DNA of 64,000 nucleotides from Gemmatimonadota bacterium. GTDB lineage: Bacteria > Gemmatimonadota > Gemmatimonadetes > Gemmatimonadales > GWC2-71-9. Positions within the stretch are counted from its first letter, which is position 1; every line of letters starts with the position of its first letter. The DNA lies in NCBI GenBank assembly GCA_022562295.1, contig JADFPO010000006.1, forward strand, positions 4,477 to 68,476, read 5' to 3'. Below are positions 56,318 to 64,000 of the stretch, one piece after another. Below the pieces are notes generated by a model. That model was not told the DNA's origin. It searched no databases and was given only the letters and a program-made list of their open reading frames with translations. Position numbers and translations under genes: made by a program.

Positions 56318-57063
56318 GCCTCCAAGACCCGACGCACCTCTGCCGCCCGCCGCCGAGTGACGTGGATGGTCATGCCGTCGCGCATCGTGAGCGTGGCCGA
56401 CCCGTCGCCATTGCTGGCTATCCTGTCGATGTGCTCGACGTTGACCAGCTCGGACCGGTTGGGCCGAACAAAGGCAGGACCAAACCGGTCGGCCAGATCG
56501 GCGAGCGTGTAGTCCGTAGGGTGCTCGGTCTGGCCGGTCGACGCGCGCACGACGCCCTCGTGCGCGCGAAACAAGACGATATCGCCATGGGGCACGAGGC
56601 GGTGTCCGGCGCCATCTCGAACGAGAATACGTGAACGAGCCCCGGCAGAGGTCTGCAGCGATGCGCGGAGCTGCCTCAAAACATCCTCACCAATCGTCTG
56701 GCTTCGGGCGTTGTCGAGGTACTCCCGGGCCCGGTCGATGGACCGCTGGAGTTTCGGCAGGGTGACGGGCTTGACGAGGTAGTCGATTGCATTGTGATCG
56801 AACGCCTGCAGCGCGTACTCGTCGAACGCGGTCTGAAATACGATCAGGGGTTTTGGGTCCGGTAGGTGCTGAGCGACGTCGAATCCGTCCACCTCGGGCA
56901 TCGTGATGTCGAGCAGGATGACGCTGGGTTGCCGTTCCCGCACCAGCTTGAGTGCCTCCAGTCCGTTCTCGGCCTCGCCGACGACCTCGACGTCGAGTTC
57001 GGCCAGCATGATCGCCAATCGGTGCCGCGCGGCAGCTTCGTCGTCGACGATGAGCACGCGCAC
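56314..57063 (-). CDS. LytTR-family two-component response regulator
   Basis: REC domain (MRVLIVDDE...ILLDITMPEVDG) followed by a LytTR DNA-binding domain. Confidence 0.9.
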   Translation of the reverse strand: MRVLIVDDEAAARHRLAIMLAELDVEVVGEAENGLEALKLVRERQPSVILLDITMPEVDGFDVAQHLPDPKPLIVFQTAFDEYALQAFDHNAIDYLVKPVTLPKLQRSIDRAREYLDNARSQTIGEDVLRQLRASLQTSAGARSRILVRDGAGHRLVPHGDIVLFRAHEGVVRASTGQTEHPTDYTLADLADRFGPAFVRPNRSELVNVEHIDRIASNGDGSATLTMRDGMTIHVTRRRAAEVRRVLEA

Positions 57064-57067
57064 CGAT

Positions 57068-58255
57068 CTACCCGACCTCTTTGCTCGCCGTGGGAATCCT
57101 GACCGTCACCGTTGCCCCCGCCCCCGCCCCGTCTCCATTGCCGGCCACGAGCAAGGCCGATTCATCTCCGTACAGCGTGGCCAGGCGCTCCCGCAGGTTG
57201 CGTAATCCTGTGCCCTCACGATGGTGCGGGAGGAAGCCCGCTCCGTCGTCCGCAACCTCCAGCACCAAAGTGGTGTCTTCCAGGCGAGAGCGAATGACCA
57301 GCGTCCCGCCCTGCAATCGGCCTCCGATCCCGTGTTTGAGCGAATTCTCCACCAGCGGTTGCAGCGTCATCGGCGGGATCTTGAGGCTGCCGGTGTTCGC
57401 GTCGATGGACCACTCCACGGTCAGCCGGTCGCCGAACCGCTCCTGCTCGACCGACAGGTATGCTTTGAGGTAATCCACCTCGTCATCCAGCGTGCACAGC
57501 GTGCGTCGCGAACGATCGAGGGTGCGTCGCAGCACTTGAGCGAGATTGTCGACCGTGGTCTCGGCCGACCGCGGGTTGGACCGCACCAACGCGGCTACTG
57601 TGTTCAGTGCATTGAACAGAAAATGCGGGTTCAACTGCGCGTGCAGCGCGGATAGTTGAGCCTCTGTCGCCTGCACCCGCGCGCGGGCGGCGGCATCGGC
57701 CTGCTCGTGGGCGTAGCCATAGAGAAACCGCATCGAGTCGCTTACGGTGCGAACCGACAACACCACGAAAAAGGCGTACAGCAATGCCGGTACGAGCAGG
57801 CGCGGTGATTGCGGGATCGCCGGCAGCAGAATGCCGCTGGCGGCGGCGAGCAAACATCCCGCGGCCACCGCGATGATAGGCAGCACGAGCACGACGTCGT
57901 GTAGCTTCTGTCGCTGCTCTTCCGGATACAGCTTGGAGGTAAACTGCAGGAAACTCAACCAGATTTGCCTGAACAGTTCGTTGGCCTTGGATGTGTCCGT
58001 GCGGTGAGGGGAGGAGACCGACGCCTCGTAGAGCACCGCGGCGAGGCTCCAGAGGAGTAGTCCCGCATTGCCCAAGATGAGGCTCCACACCTGTACGCGA
58101 GCGGACGGGCTGTCGCTGCCGACGAGGTCCACGACCACGATCCCGGTGAGCACGAACAACAGCACGGGCGTGAGCGTCACCAACACCTTCGTGTGCCGGG
58201 GAGCGGTGCGAAGCACCGTCGCAACGATTTTTAGAAGACTTTGCTCTTGCACCAC
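57068..58255 (-). CDS. LytS/YehU-type sensor histidine kinase
   Basis: TM N-terminal region, His_kinase motif LNPHFLFNALNTV, and a HATPase_c domain (VADDGAGF). Confidence 0.85.
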   Translation of the reverse strand: MVQEQSLLKIVATVLRTAPRHTKVLVTLTPVLLFVLTGIVVVDLVGSDSPSARVQVWSLILGNAGLLLWSLAAVLYEASVSSPHRTDTSKANELFRQIWLSFLQFTSKLYPEEQRQKLHDVVLVLPIIAVAAGCLLAAASGILLPAIPQSPRLLVPALLYAFFVVLSVRTVSDSMRFLYGYAHEQADAAARARVQATEAQLSALHAQLNPHFLFNALNTVAALVRSNPRSAETTVDNLAQVLRRTLDRSRRTLCTLDDEVDYLKAYLSVEQERFGDRLTVEWSIDANTGSLKIPPMTLQPLVENSLKHGIGGRLQGGTLVIRSRLEDTTLVLEVADDGAGFLPHHREGTGLRNLRERLATLYGDESALLVAGNGDGAGAGATVTVRIPTASKEVG

Positions 58256-58501
58256 CGGCTACCTTCGACGATCCCACCAATCGTAGACTCGGTCGAGGTC
58301 GGTTCGCGAGGCAACCGCCTCGTGACGAGCGGTCAAAAACCGGCGACGAACGGTCATCCGCGTGGCCGCACGGACCGAATCTGCGGGGCGTCACCAATCT
58401 ATATACTTTACGGTGAGAATGGCGGCGGGCACTCACCGCCAACGGATGGCCCGACAACACCTCGTCAGACACGGGCCTCGAACTCGATCCCGGAGGCGGG
58501 C

Positions 58502-59812
58502 ATGATGCGCCGAACAATCGGGTTGTTTGCCGTCGCGGCCGCAGTTCTTCCTGCAACGGCGACAGCGCAGAGAGATACAGTCGTACGCGTGCATGTCAGT
58601 GGCGTGATCGAACTCGGCTTGGCGCCCTTCATCGGCCGCGCGATTCGTGAAGCGGAAGAGGCCGGAGCCCAAGCCGTCATTCTCGAGTTGGAGACTCCCG
58701 GCGGTCGCGTCGATGCCGCCCAACAGATCGTGAAGGTGGTGTCGGCATCCACTGTTCCGGTGTATGCGTACGTCAATGCGCACGCGTGGAGTGCCGGTGC
58801 GATGATCGCCCTGGCCGCCGATTCGATCTACATGGGTCCGGTTTCGTCGATAGGCGCGGCTACTCCCGTGATCGGTGACGGTAAGAAAGCCTCCGAAAAA
58901 ATCGTGAGTGCGATGCGTGGTGAGTTTCGCGCGCTCGCCGAAGCGCGAGGTTTGGATCCGCGTTTGGCGGAGGCGATGGTGGACGAGTCGATCGTGGTCG
59001 ACGGAGTGATAGAGGAGGGCAAACTGCTCACCCTCACCGGCGGCGAGGCGGTGGAACTCGGCTTCGCGAGCGCGGAAGTGACATCGCTCGACGACTTGTT
59101 GGCGCGTGTGGGGCTGGCCAACGCGGATGTAGTGACAGCATCTATCAATTGGGCCGAGCGGCTGGTGCGCTTTCTGTCCCATCCGATCGTCGCACCGATC
59201 CTGCTGTCGATGGGGACGCTCGGACTCATCATCGAGATCAAGACTCCCTCCTTTGGCTTGGCCGGTCTGGTGGGGCTCACGTCTTTTGCGGCGTTCTTTG
59301 GGAGCCATCTCCTGATCGGGTTGGCCGGGTGGGAGGAGATCATCCTGTTGGGAGCCGGTGTCGTCGCACTGGGCATCGAGGTGTTCGTCGTGCCGGGGTT
59401 TGGGATCGCCGGGGCGATCAGCATCCTCTGCATCGGCGGCGCCGTTTTCTTGGCACTGATCGGTAACCTGCCAATCTGGAAGGACGTCGTCCAGGCGGCC
59501 AGCATCTTGTCAATGGCTTCGTTGCTGGTCATCGCAGCCGTGTACACGCTCGTTCGACAGCTTCCGAGTCGCGCAGGCGGCATCTTCTTGATGGCTTCAG
59601 CCGACAGAGCAACCGGTTACGTGGCGGCCCCAGTTCGGGTCGATCTGGTTGGGATGGAAGGAGTGGCCCATACGGACCTCCATCCGGCGGGCACGGCGAT
59701 CCTGGGATCGGAAAGACTGGACGTGGTGTCGGAGGGAGGATTTATTAACCGAGGGGATCGCGTGAGAGTCGTGCGCTCCGAGGGATACCGCCACATCGTC
59801 GAGCCTGTGTAA
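58502..59812 (+). CDS. nfeD: NfeD-family membrane-bound ClpP-class serine protease
   Basis: From ATG 58502 there is a signal peptide, a ClpP-like domain (ILELETPGGRVDAA...AWSAGAMIALA), TM helices and a C-terminal NfeD OB domain. Confidence 0.85.
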   Translation: MMRRTIGLFAVAAAVLPATATAQRDTVVRVHVSGVIELGLAPFIGRAIREAEEAGAQAVILELETPGGRVDAAQQIVKVVSASTVPVYAYVNAHAWSAGAMIALAADSIYMGPVSSIGAATPVIGDGKKASEKIVSAMRGEFRALAEARGLDPRLAEAMVDESIVVDGVIEEGKLLTLTGGEAVELGFASAEVTSLDDLLARVGLANADVVTASINWAERLVRFLSHPIVAPILLSMGTLGLIIEIKTPSFGLAGLVGLTSFAAFFGSHLLIGLAGWEEIILLGAGVVALGIEVFVVPGFGIAGAISILCIGGAVFLALIGNLPIWKDVVQAASILSMASLLVIAAVYTLVRQLPSRAGGIFLMASADRATGYVAAPVRVDLVGMEGVAHTDLHPAGTAILGSERLDVVSEGGFINRGDRVRVVRSEGYRHIVEPV

Positions 59813-59896
59813 CGACCCCACCGAAAACCGCTTGCGCGATTGGCTGGGGTCCGGCACAATCGAACAACACAAAACAATTCGCACAGAGAGGTCTGA

Positions 59897-60922
59897 ATGG
59901 ACTTCACCGAAATCCTGGGGCCGGTAGCCATCTTCGGTCTGTTCCTCGTGGTCGTTCTCTTGTGGATGCTGTTTGCGTTCGTCCCCGTCCGGCTGTGGAT
60001 CGAGGCCTGGGCGGCCGATGTGAAGATCACGCTGGGGACGTTGATCGGCATGCGGCTCCGGAAGGTTGCCCCGGCGGGCGTGGTGCGGCCCCTGATCAAC
60101 GCCACCAAAGCCGGCCTTCACCTCGACATCAACGGACTCGAGGCGCACTACTTGGCCGGTGGGGACGTGCACAACGTAGTTCGCGCGCTCATCTCGGCGG
60201 ACAAGGCGGGCATCGAATTGGGGTTCCAACAAGCGGCAGCCATTGACCTCGCGGGACGTGACGTGCATGAGGCCGTTCAGGTTTCGGTGAACCCCAAAGT
60301 CATTCAAACCCCACGGGTAGCCGCCATGGCCAAAGATGGCATCCAGCTCATCGCGATTGCGCGTGTTACCGTGCGGGCCAACATCCAGCGGCTCGTGGGT
60401 GGAGCGGGTGAGGAGACGATCCTGGCACGGGTCGGAGAGGGGATCGTGTCAACGATCGGATCGGCGTCGGGTCATGAGGTGGTACTGGAAAACCCCGACG
60501 CAATCTCCAAGACGGTGCTGGCCAAGGGACTCGACGCCGGCACCGCCTACGAGATTCTCTCGATCGATATCGCGGACGTGGACGTCGGAAAGAACATCGG
60601 CGCCGAGCTGCAGACCGATCAGGCCGAGGCCGACAAGCGTATCGCTCAGGCCAGAGCCGAGGAACGCCGGGCGATGGCGGTCGCCGTCGAGCAGGAAATG
60701 GTGGCCAGGGTTCAGGAGATGAGGGCCAAAGTGGTGGAGGCCGAGGCGCAGGTGCCGTTGGCGATGGCGGATGCGCTGCGTTCCGGCAACCTGGGTGTCA
60801 TGGATCTGTTGCGGTACCGCAACGTCGAGAGTGACACCGCCATGAGGCGCAGCCTTGCGGCCGAGCCCAAAGAATCCGATCAGAGCGATGGGGGTGGGAA
60901 GAGCGATCAGGGTGGGAACTGA
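59897..60922 (+). CDS. floA: flotillin-like protein FloA (SPFH domain, YqfA/UPF0365)
   Basis: 341 aa reading [29 protein letters not shown]...[11 protein letters not shown]. It sits in the classic NfeD-FloA gene pair. Confidence 0.9.
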   Translation: MDFTEILGPVAIFGLFLVVVLLWMLFAFVPVRLWIEAWAADVKITLGTLIGMRLRKVAPAGVVRPLINATKAGLHLDINGLEAHYLAGGDVHNVVRALISADKAGIELGFQQAAAIDLAGRDVHEAVQVSVNPKVIQTPRVAAMAKDGIQLIAIARVTVRANIQRLVGGAGEETILARVGEGIVSTIGSASGHEVVLENPDAISKTVLAKGLDAGTAYEILSIDIADVDVGKNIGAELQTDQAEADKRIAQARAEERRAMAVAVEQEMVARVQEMRAKVVEAEAQVPLAMADALRSGNLGVMDLLRYRNVESDTAMRRSLAAEPKESDQSDGGGKSDQGGN

Positions 60923-60925
60923 CCG

Positions 60926-61498
60926 ATGGATTTCGGGGATCTTCTGCTCCTGATCTTCATAGTTTTCGGGTTGTTGTCATCGCTGGCAGGGGGCAAGAAG
61001 AAGCGTAAAGGCGTTGCGCAGGCCCGCGCCCGGACTCGAGCCCGTCCCGATCCCCGTCCCCGGCCGCAGCCCTCCCCGCGCGACCCGGGTGGAACCGCAA
61101 GCCCTCGGGAAGCGCCGCGGCCGGAACCATCGCTCGATCCCGGTGCCGGGCCGGTCCCGACGCAAATGGAGCAAATTCTCCGGCAGCTCGGTCTGGATGT
61201 CGGGCAGGAGCCAGAGGTAGAGGAGCCGGAACCGGCCGTCGAACTAGCAGCGGAGGCCCAGTCGATCCCACTGCGGGAGGAACCCCGCGTCGTGTCGCTG
61301 GAAGAAGCGGCGCTGAATCTGCCCGACGCCGATCGGGAGCAGCTTCATTCGGAGTTTCACGAGAAGTACATCCGTCCGCTCGAGTCTGTGGATCGCGGCC
61401 CGCGCTCCTCGCGGGCCCGGCTGCGATTGAATCCCACAACACTGCGTGAAGCCATCATCCTGCGAGAGATCCTCGGGCCGCCAAAGGGGCTCCGGTAG
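60926..61498 (+). CDS. hypothetical membrane-anchored Pro/Arg-rich protein
   Basis: 190 aa with an N-terminal TM segment (LLLLIFIVFGLLSSLAG) and a low-complexity RPDPRPRPQP region. It lies 3 nt after floA. Confidence 0.45.
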   Translation: MDFGDLLLLIFIVFGLLSSLAGGKKKRKGVAQARARTRARPDPRPRPQPSPRDPGGTASPREAPRPEPSLDPGAGPVPTQMEQILRQLGLDVGQEPEVEEPEPAVELAAEAQSIPLREEPRVVSLEEAALNLPDADREQLHSEFHEKYIRPLESVDRGPRSSRARLRLNPTTLREAIILREILGPPKGLR

Positions 61499-61504
61499 TC
61501 GGGC

Positions 61505-62740
61505 ATGACGGATCTTCCCTATTTCACCGACGACCACGGCCGAGTGCGCGAGATCGTCCGGCATTTTGCGGACAAGGAGGTCCGGCCCATTGCAAGGGAG
61601 CACGACGAGAACAGTCGGTTCCCGTGGCAAACCGTCAAAAAGATGGGCGAGCTCGGGTTTCTAGGCGCGCCGTGGCCGGAGGTTCTCGGTGGCGCGGGCA
61701 TGGACTACACGTCCTACTTGATCATCATCGAGGAGCTGGCCAAGGTGGATGCCAGCCACGCGATCACCGTTTCGGCTCACACGACCCTCGGTACGTCCCC
61801 CATCATGAACTTTGGGACGGAGGAGCAAAAGGAAAGATTCGTTCCCCATCTGGCCACGGGCCGGGTGCTCGGCGGCTTCGGGCTCACGGAGGCCGGGGCG
61901 GGCTCTGATGCCGGCGGCACGCAGACCGTTGCCGAAGAAAAGAGCGACCATTATGTGCTGAACGGCGCCAAGTTGTTCATCACCCATGCGGGTGTCGGCG
62001 AGATTCTCCTGGTGACCGCTCGGACGAAGTCCAATGGCAGCAAACAGAGCGGCGGCATCACGTCGTTCATAGTCACAAAAGACACCGTCGACCTCGAGGA
62101 AACCCGCGCGCTCGGGATAGGGCACGCCGAAGAGTTGGTAAAGACTCCCGGCGTGCGCGCCGGAAAGAAAGAGGACAAGCTCGGTTGGCGCTCGTCGGAC
62201 ACCAGGGAACTCATTCTCGAGGATGCGATCGTCCCCAAGGAAAACGTTTTGGGCGAGCCCGGCAAAGGCTTCGTCAACTTCTTGAAGACGCTCGATTCCG
62301 GCCGGATCGGCCTGGGAGCCCTGTCGCTGGGAATCGCAGAAGGGGCATTGAACGAGAGCGTTGCCTACACCTCGCAGCGCAAACAATTCGGCAAGCCGGT
62401 GGCCTCCTTCCAGGGAGTCCATTTCCAGCTCGCCGACATGGCAACCGAGATCGAGGCGGCGCGGCACCTGGTGTACCATGCGGCGTGGCTCCTCCAGAAC
62501 GGGAAGCCCTACAAACGGGAAGCAGCCATGGCCAAGCTGTTCGCGTCCGAGTTGGCCATGCGTGCAGCCGTGACGGCGGTCCAGCTGCACGGCGCGTACG
62601 GCTACACCACCGAGTACCCTGTGGAGCGGATGATGCGGGATGCCAAAGTGTGTGAGATCGGGGAGGGCACGAGCCAGATCCAGCGGATCGTGATTGCCCG
62701 CCACCTACTGGGCGACATCGTACCGAATTTGGGCAGCTAA
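61505..62740 (+). CDS. acyl-CoA dehydrogenase
   Basis: 411 aa. ACAD motifs include GLTEAGAGSD, and the C-terminal catalytic region reads CEIGEGTSQIQRIVIAR. Confidence 0.9.
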   Translation: MTDLPYFTDDHGRVREIVRHFADKEVRPIAREHDENSRFPWQTVKKMGELGFLGAPWPEVLGGAGMDYTSYLIIIEELAKVDASHAITVSAHTTLGTSPIMNFGTEEQKERFVPHLATGRVLGGFGLTEAGAGSDAGGTQTVAEEKSDHYVLNGAKLFITHAGVGEILLVTARTKSNGSKQSGGITSFIVTKDTVDLEETRALGIGHAEELVKTPGVRAGKKEDKLGWRSSDTRELILEDAIVPKENVLGEPGKGFVNFLKTLDSGRIGLGALSLGIAEGALNESVAYTSQRKQFGKPVASFQGVHFQLADMATEIEAARHLVYHAAWLLQNGKPYKREAAMAKLFASELAMRAAVTAVQLHGAYGYTTEYPVERMMRDAKVCEIGEGTSQIQRIVIARHLLGDIVPNLGS

Positions 62741-62830
62741 CGCTATACCCGGCGTGAACTTACCGGCGCCGCCCGAACCGAGTGGCTGGGGTGGCGCTAA
62801 GTTCGTTCCCTGCTTATTCTTAGGCTGATC

Positions 62831-64000
62831 ATGAAGACTGCCGTCCGCCCTCACACGGACTTCTTCCAAACCCTCACCGACGAAATCCTACCGCTCGTCT
62901 CCAAGCCCAACCGCTACGTCGGGAACGAGCTCGGCTTGGCTCACAAGGATTGGGACGCATCGCTGGTACGAATGGCTCTGTGCTACCCGGATGCCTACGA
63001 GGTAGGCATGAGCCATACCGGGACGCAGATCCTGTACCACATCGTCAACCGCGACCCGCGCTGGTTGCTCGACCGCGTGTACGCTCCCTGGCCTGATATG
63101 GAAGACCAGTTGCGGAAGCGGGGGTTCCCGCTCTGGGGCTTGGAGTATCGGCGTCCGATTGTGGAGTACGATATTCTGGGCTTTACGCTGCAATCCGAGC
63201 TGACATACACCAATCTCCTCAACGTCCTCGACATGTGCGGCCTCCCAATCCGGCAGGCCGATCGGCGGGAGTCAGATCCTCTCGTGTGTGTGGGTGGGCC
63301 CTGTGCCTCGAATCCCGAGCCTCTCGCTCCCTTTATCGACTTCGCACTGATTGGAGACGCGGAGGACGCGTTGTGCGAGGTGTTGGAGCTGGTTGGCGAG
63401 TGGAAGCAGAACAGCGCCGCGGGGGGCGGGGGCGAGTCCCGCTCCGATCTACTCCGCCGTCTGGCTGTCGAAGTGTCCGGGATCTACGTCCCGTCGCTGT
63501 ATCAGGTGCCGGAGAACAGTCGGATGCCACGACCGAGGGTCGATGCGCCGGATGGACTGCCGGAGTTGATTGTGGCGCGGAAGGTACCGGTCCTGCGGGC
63601 TGAAGATCACCCGCACGAGATGGTGGTGAGCCTCACCGAAACGACTCATGATCGCCTTCCGATCGAGGTGATGCGCGGGTGTATGCGCGGGTGTCGGTTC
63701 TGTCAGGCCGGATATCTCTACCGGCCCGCTCGCGAGCGCGATGTAGACGAGACCATGGAAATCGCGCGGCGGGGCATCAAGCACTCGGGTTGGCAGGAAG
63801 TGTCCCTGCTGTCGCTCTCCACCGCCGACTATTCACAGGCGGTGGAACTCACCGACCGGATGAGCCGCGCGTTCGTCAGTCGAGGTGTCGGAGTCAGCCT
63901 GCCGTCGCTGCGCGCGGACGCATTCAGCGTCGGCTTGGCGGAGAGCGTGAGTCGCGTCCGTAAGTCGGGATTCACGTTTGCTCCGGAGGCCGGCAGCCAG
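62831..64000 (+). CDS. radical SAM protein (TIGR03960-like, N-terminal 390 codons; continues beyond the window end)
   Basis: My own translation from ATG 62831 gives MKTAVRPHTDFFQTLTDEILPLVSKPNRYVGNELG...EVMRGCMRGCRFCQAGYLY (CX3CX2C). The frame is open to the window end, so it is absent from the ORF track. Confidence 0.8.
   Translation, partial: MKTAVRPHTDFFQTLTDEILPLVSKPNRYVGNELGLAHKDWDASLVRMALCYPDAYEVGMSHTGTQILYHIVNRDPRWLLDRVYAPWPDMEDQLRKRGFPLWGLEYRRPIVEYDILGFTLQSELTYTNLLNVLDMCGLPIRQADRRESDPLVCVGGPCASNPEPLAPFIDFALIGDAEDALCEVLELVGEWKQNSAAGGGGESRSDLLRRLAVEVSGIYVPSLYQVPENSRMPRPRVDAPDGLPELIVARKVPVLRAEDHPHEMVVSLTETTHDRLPIEVMRGCMRGCRFCQAGYLYRPARERDVDETMEIARRGIKHSGWQEVSLLSLSTADYSQAVELTDRMSRAFVSRGVGVSLPSLRADAFSVGLAESVSRVRKSGFTFAPEAGSQ

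Overview
GC-rich bacterial chromosomal window. The gene content and the Ser/Thr-kinase leader motif 'LADRYRIERxLGxGGMA' suggest a Gemmatimonadota- or Acidobacteriota-like organism, but this is inference only. I can support about 65 protein-coding genes and found no rRNA, tRNA, CRISPR array, integrase or transposase. Genes are tightly packed, and many neighbours share 4-nt ATGA/GTGA stop/start overlaps. I used those overlaps to trim ORF-track starts.

Layout:
- 1-10.4 kb: one long minus-strand operon, purB-purC-psd-pssA-purS-purQ-(BamE-like lipoprotein)-(zinc ribbon)-purL-purF-ppdK.
- 10.6-19.2 kb: truA, lexA, a divergent HEAT-repeat plus HD-GYP pair, folB, a folK::YqeK-like HD fusion, rlmN and a putative outer-membrane protein.
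- 19.5-28.7 kb: aspS-phoH-pgpH-ybeY-CNNM-CNNM-mgtE.
- 28.8-37.4 kb: acyl-CoA metabolism (meaB, B12-binding mutase subunit, carboxyltransferase beta, AtuA set, enoyl-CoA hydratase) with a TPPII-like S8 peptidase.
- 37.4-39.8 kb: zinc-ribbon protein, CAP-domain protein and a short RecQ.
- 53.3-64 kb: SoxCD-like sulfite dehydrogenase, NmrA-like protein, LytTR two-component system, NfeD-FloA, acyl-CoA dehydrogenase and a partial radical-SAM gene.

The most interesting part is 39.8-53.2 kb. It is an accessory segment bracketed by a diverged direct repeat of the recQ 3' end. It carries two secreted hydrolases, a DUF1684 protein, and a HepT/MntA toxin-antitoxin cassette wedged between two truncated kinase 5' stubs. 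It also carries a TAXI-TRAP transporter plus a CoA-transferase/UbiD/CoA-transferase operon that resembles the anaerobic phthaloyl-CoA decarboxylation module.

Several intergenic regions in 41-56 kb carry unusual 7-8 bp tandem repeat arrays, some with G-quadruplex potential.

All calls come from reading the translations and sequence by eye. No database search was run, and start codons are approximate.
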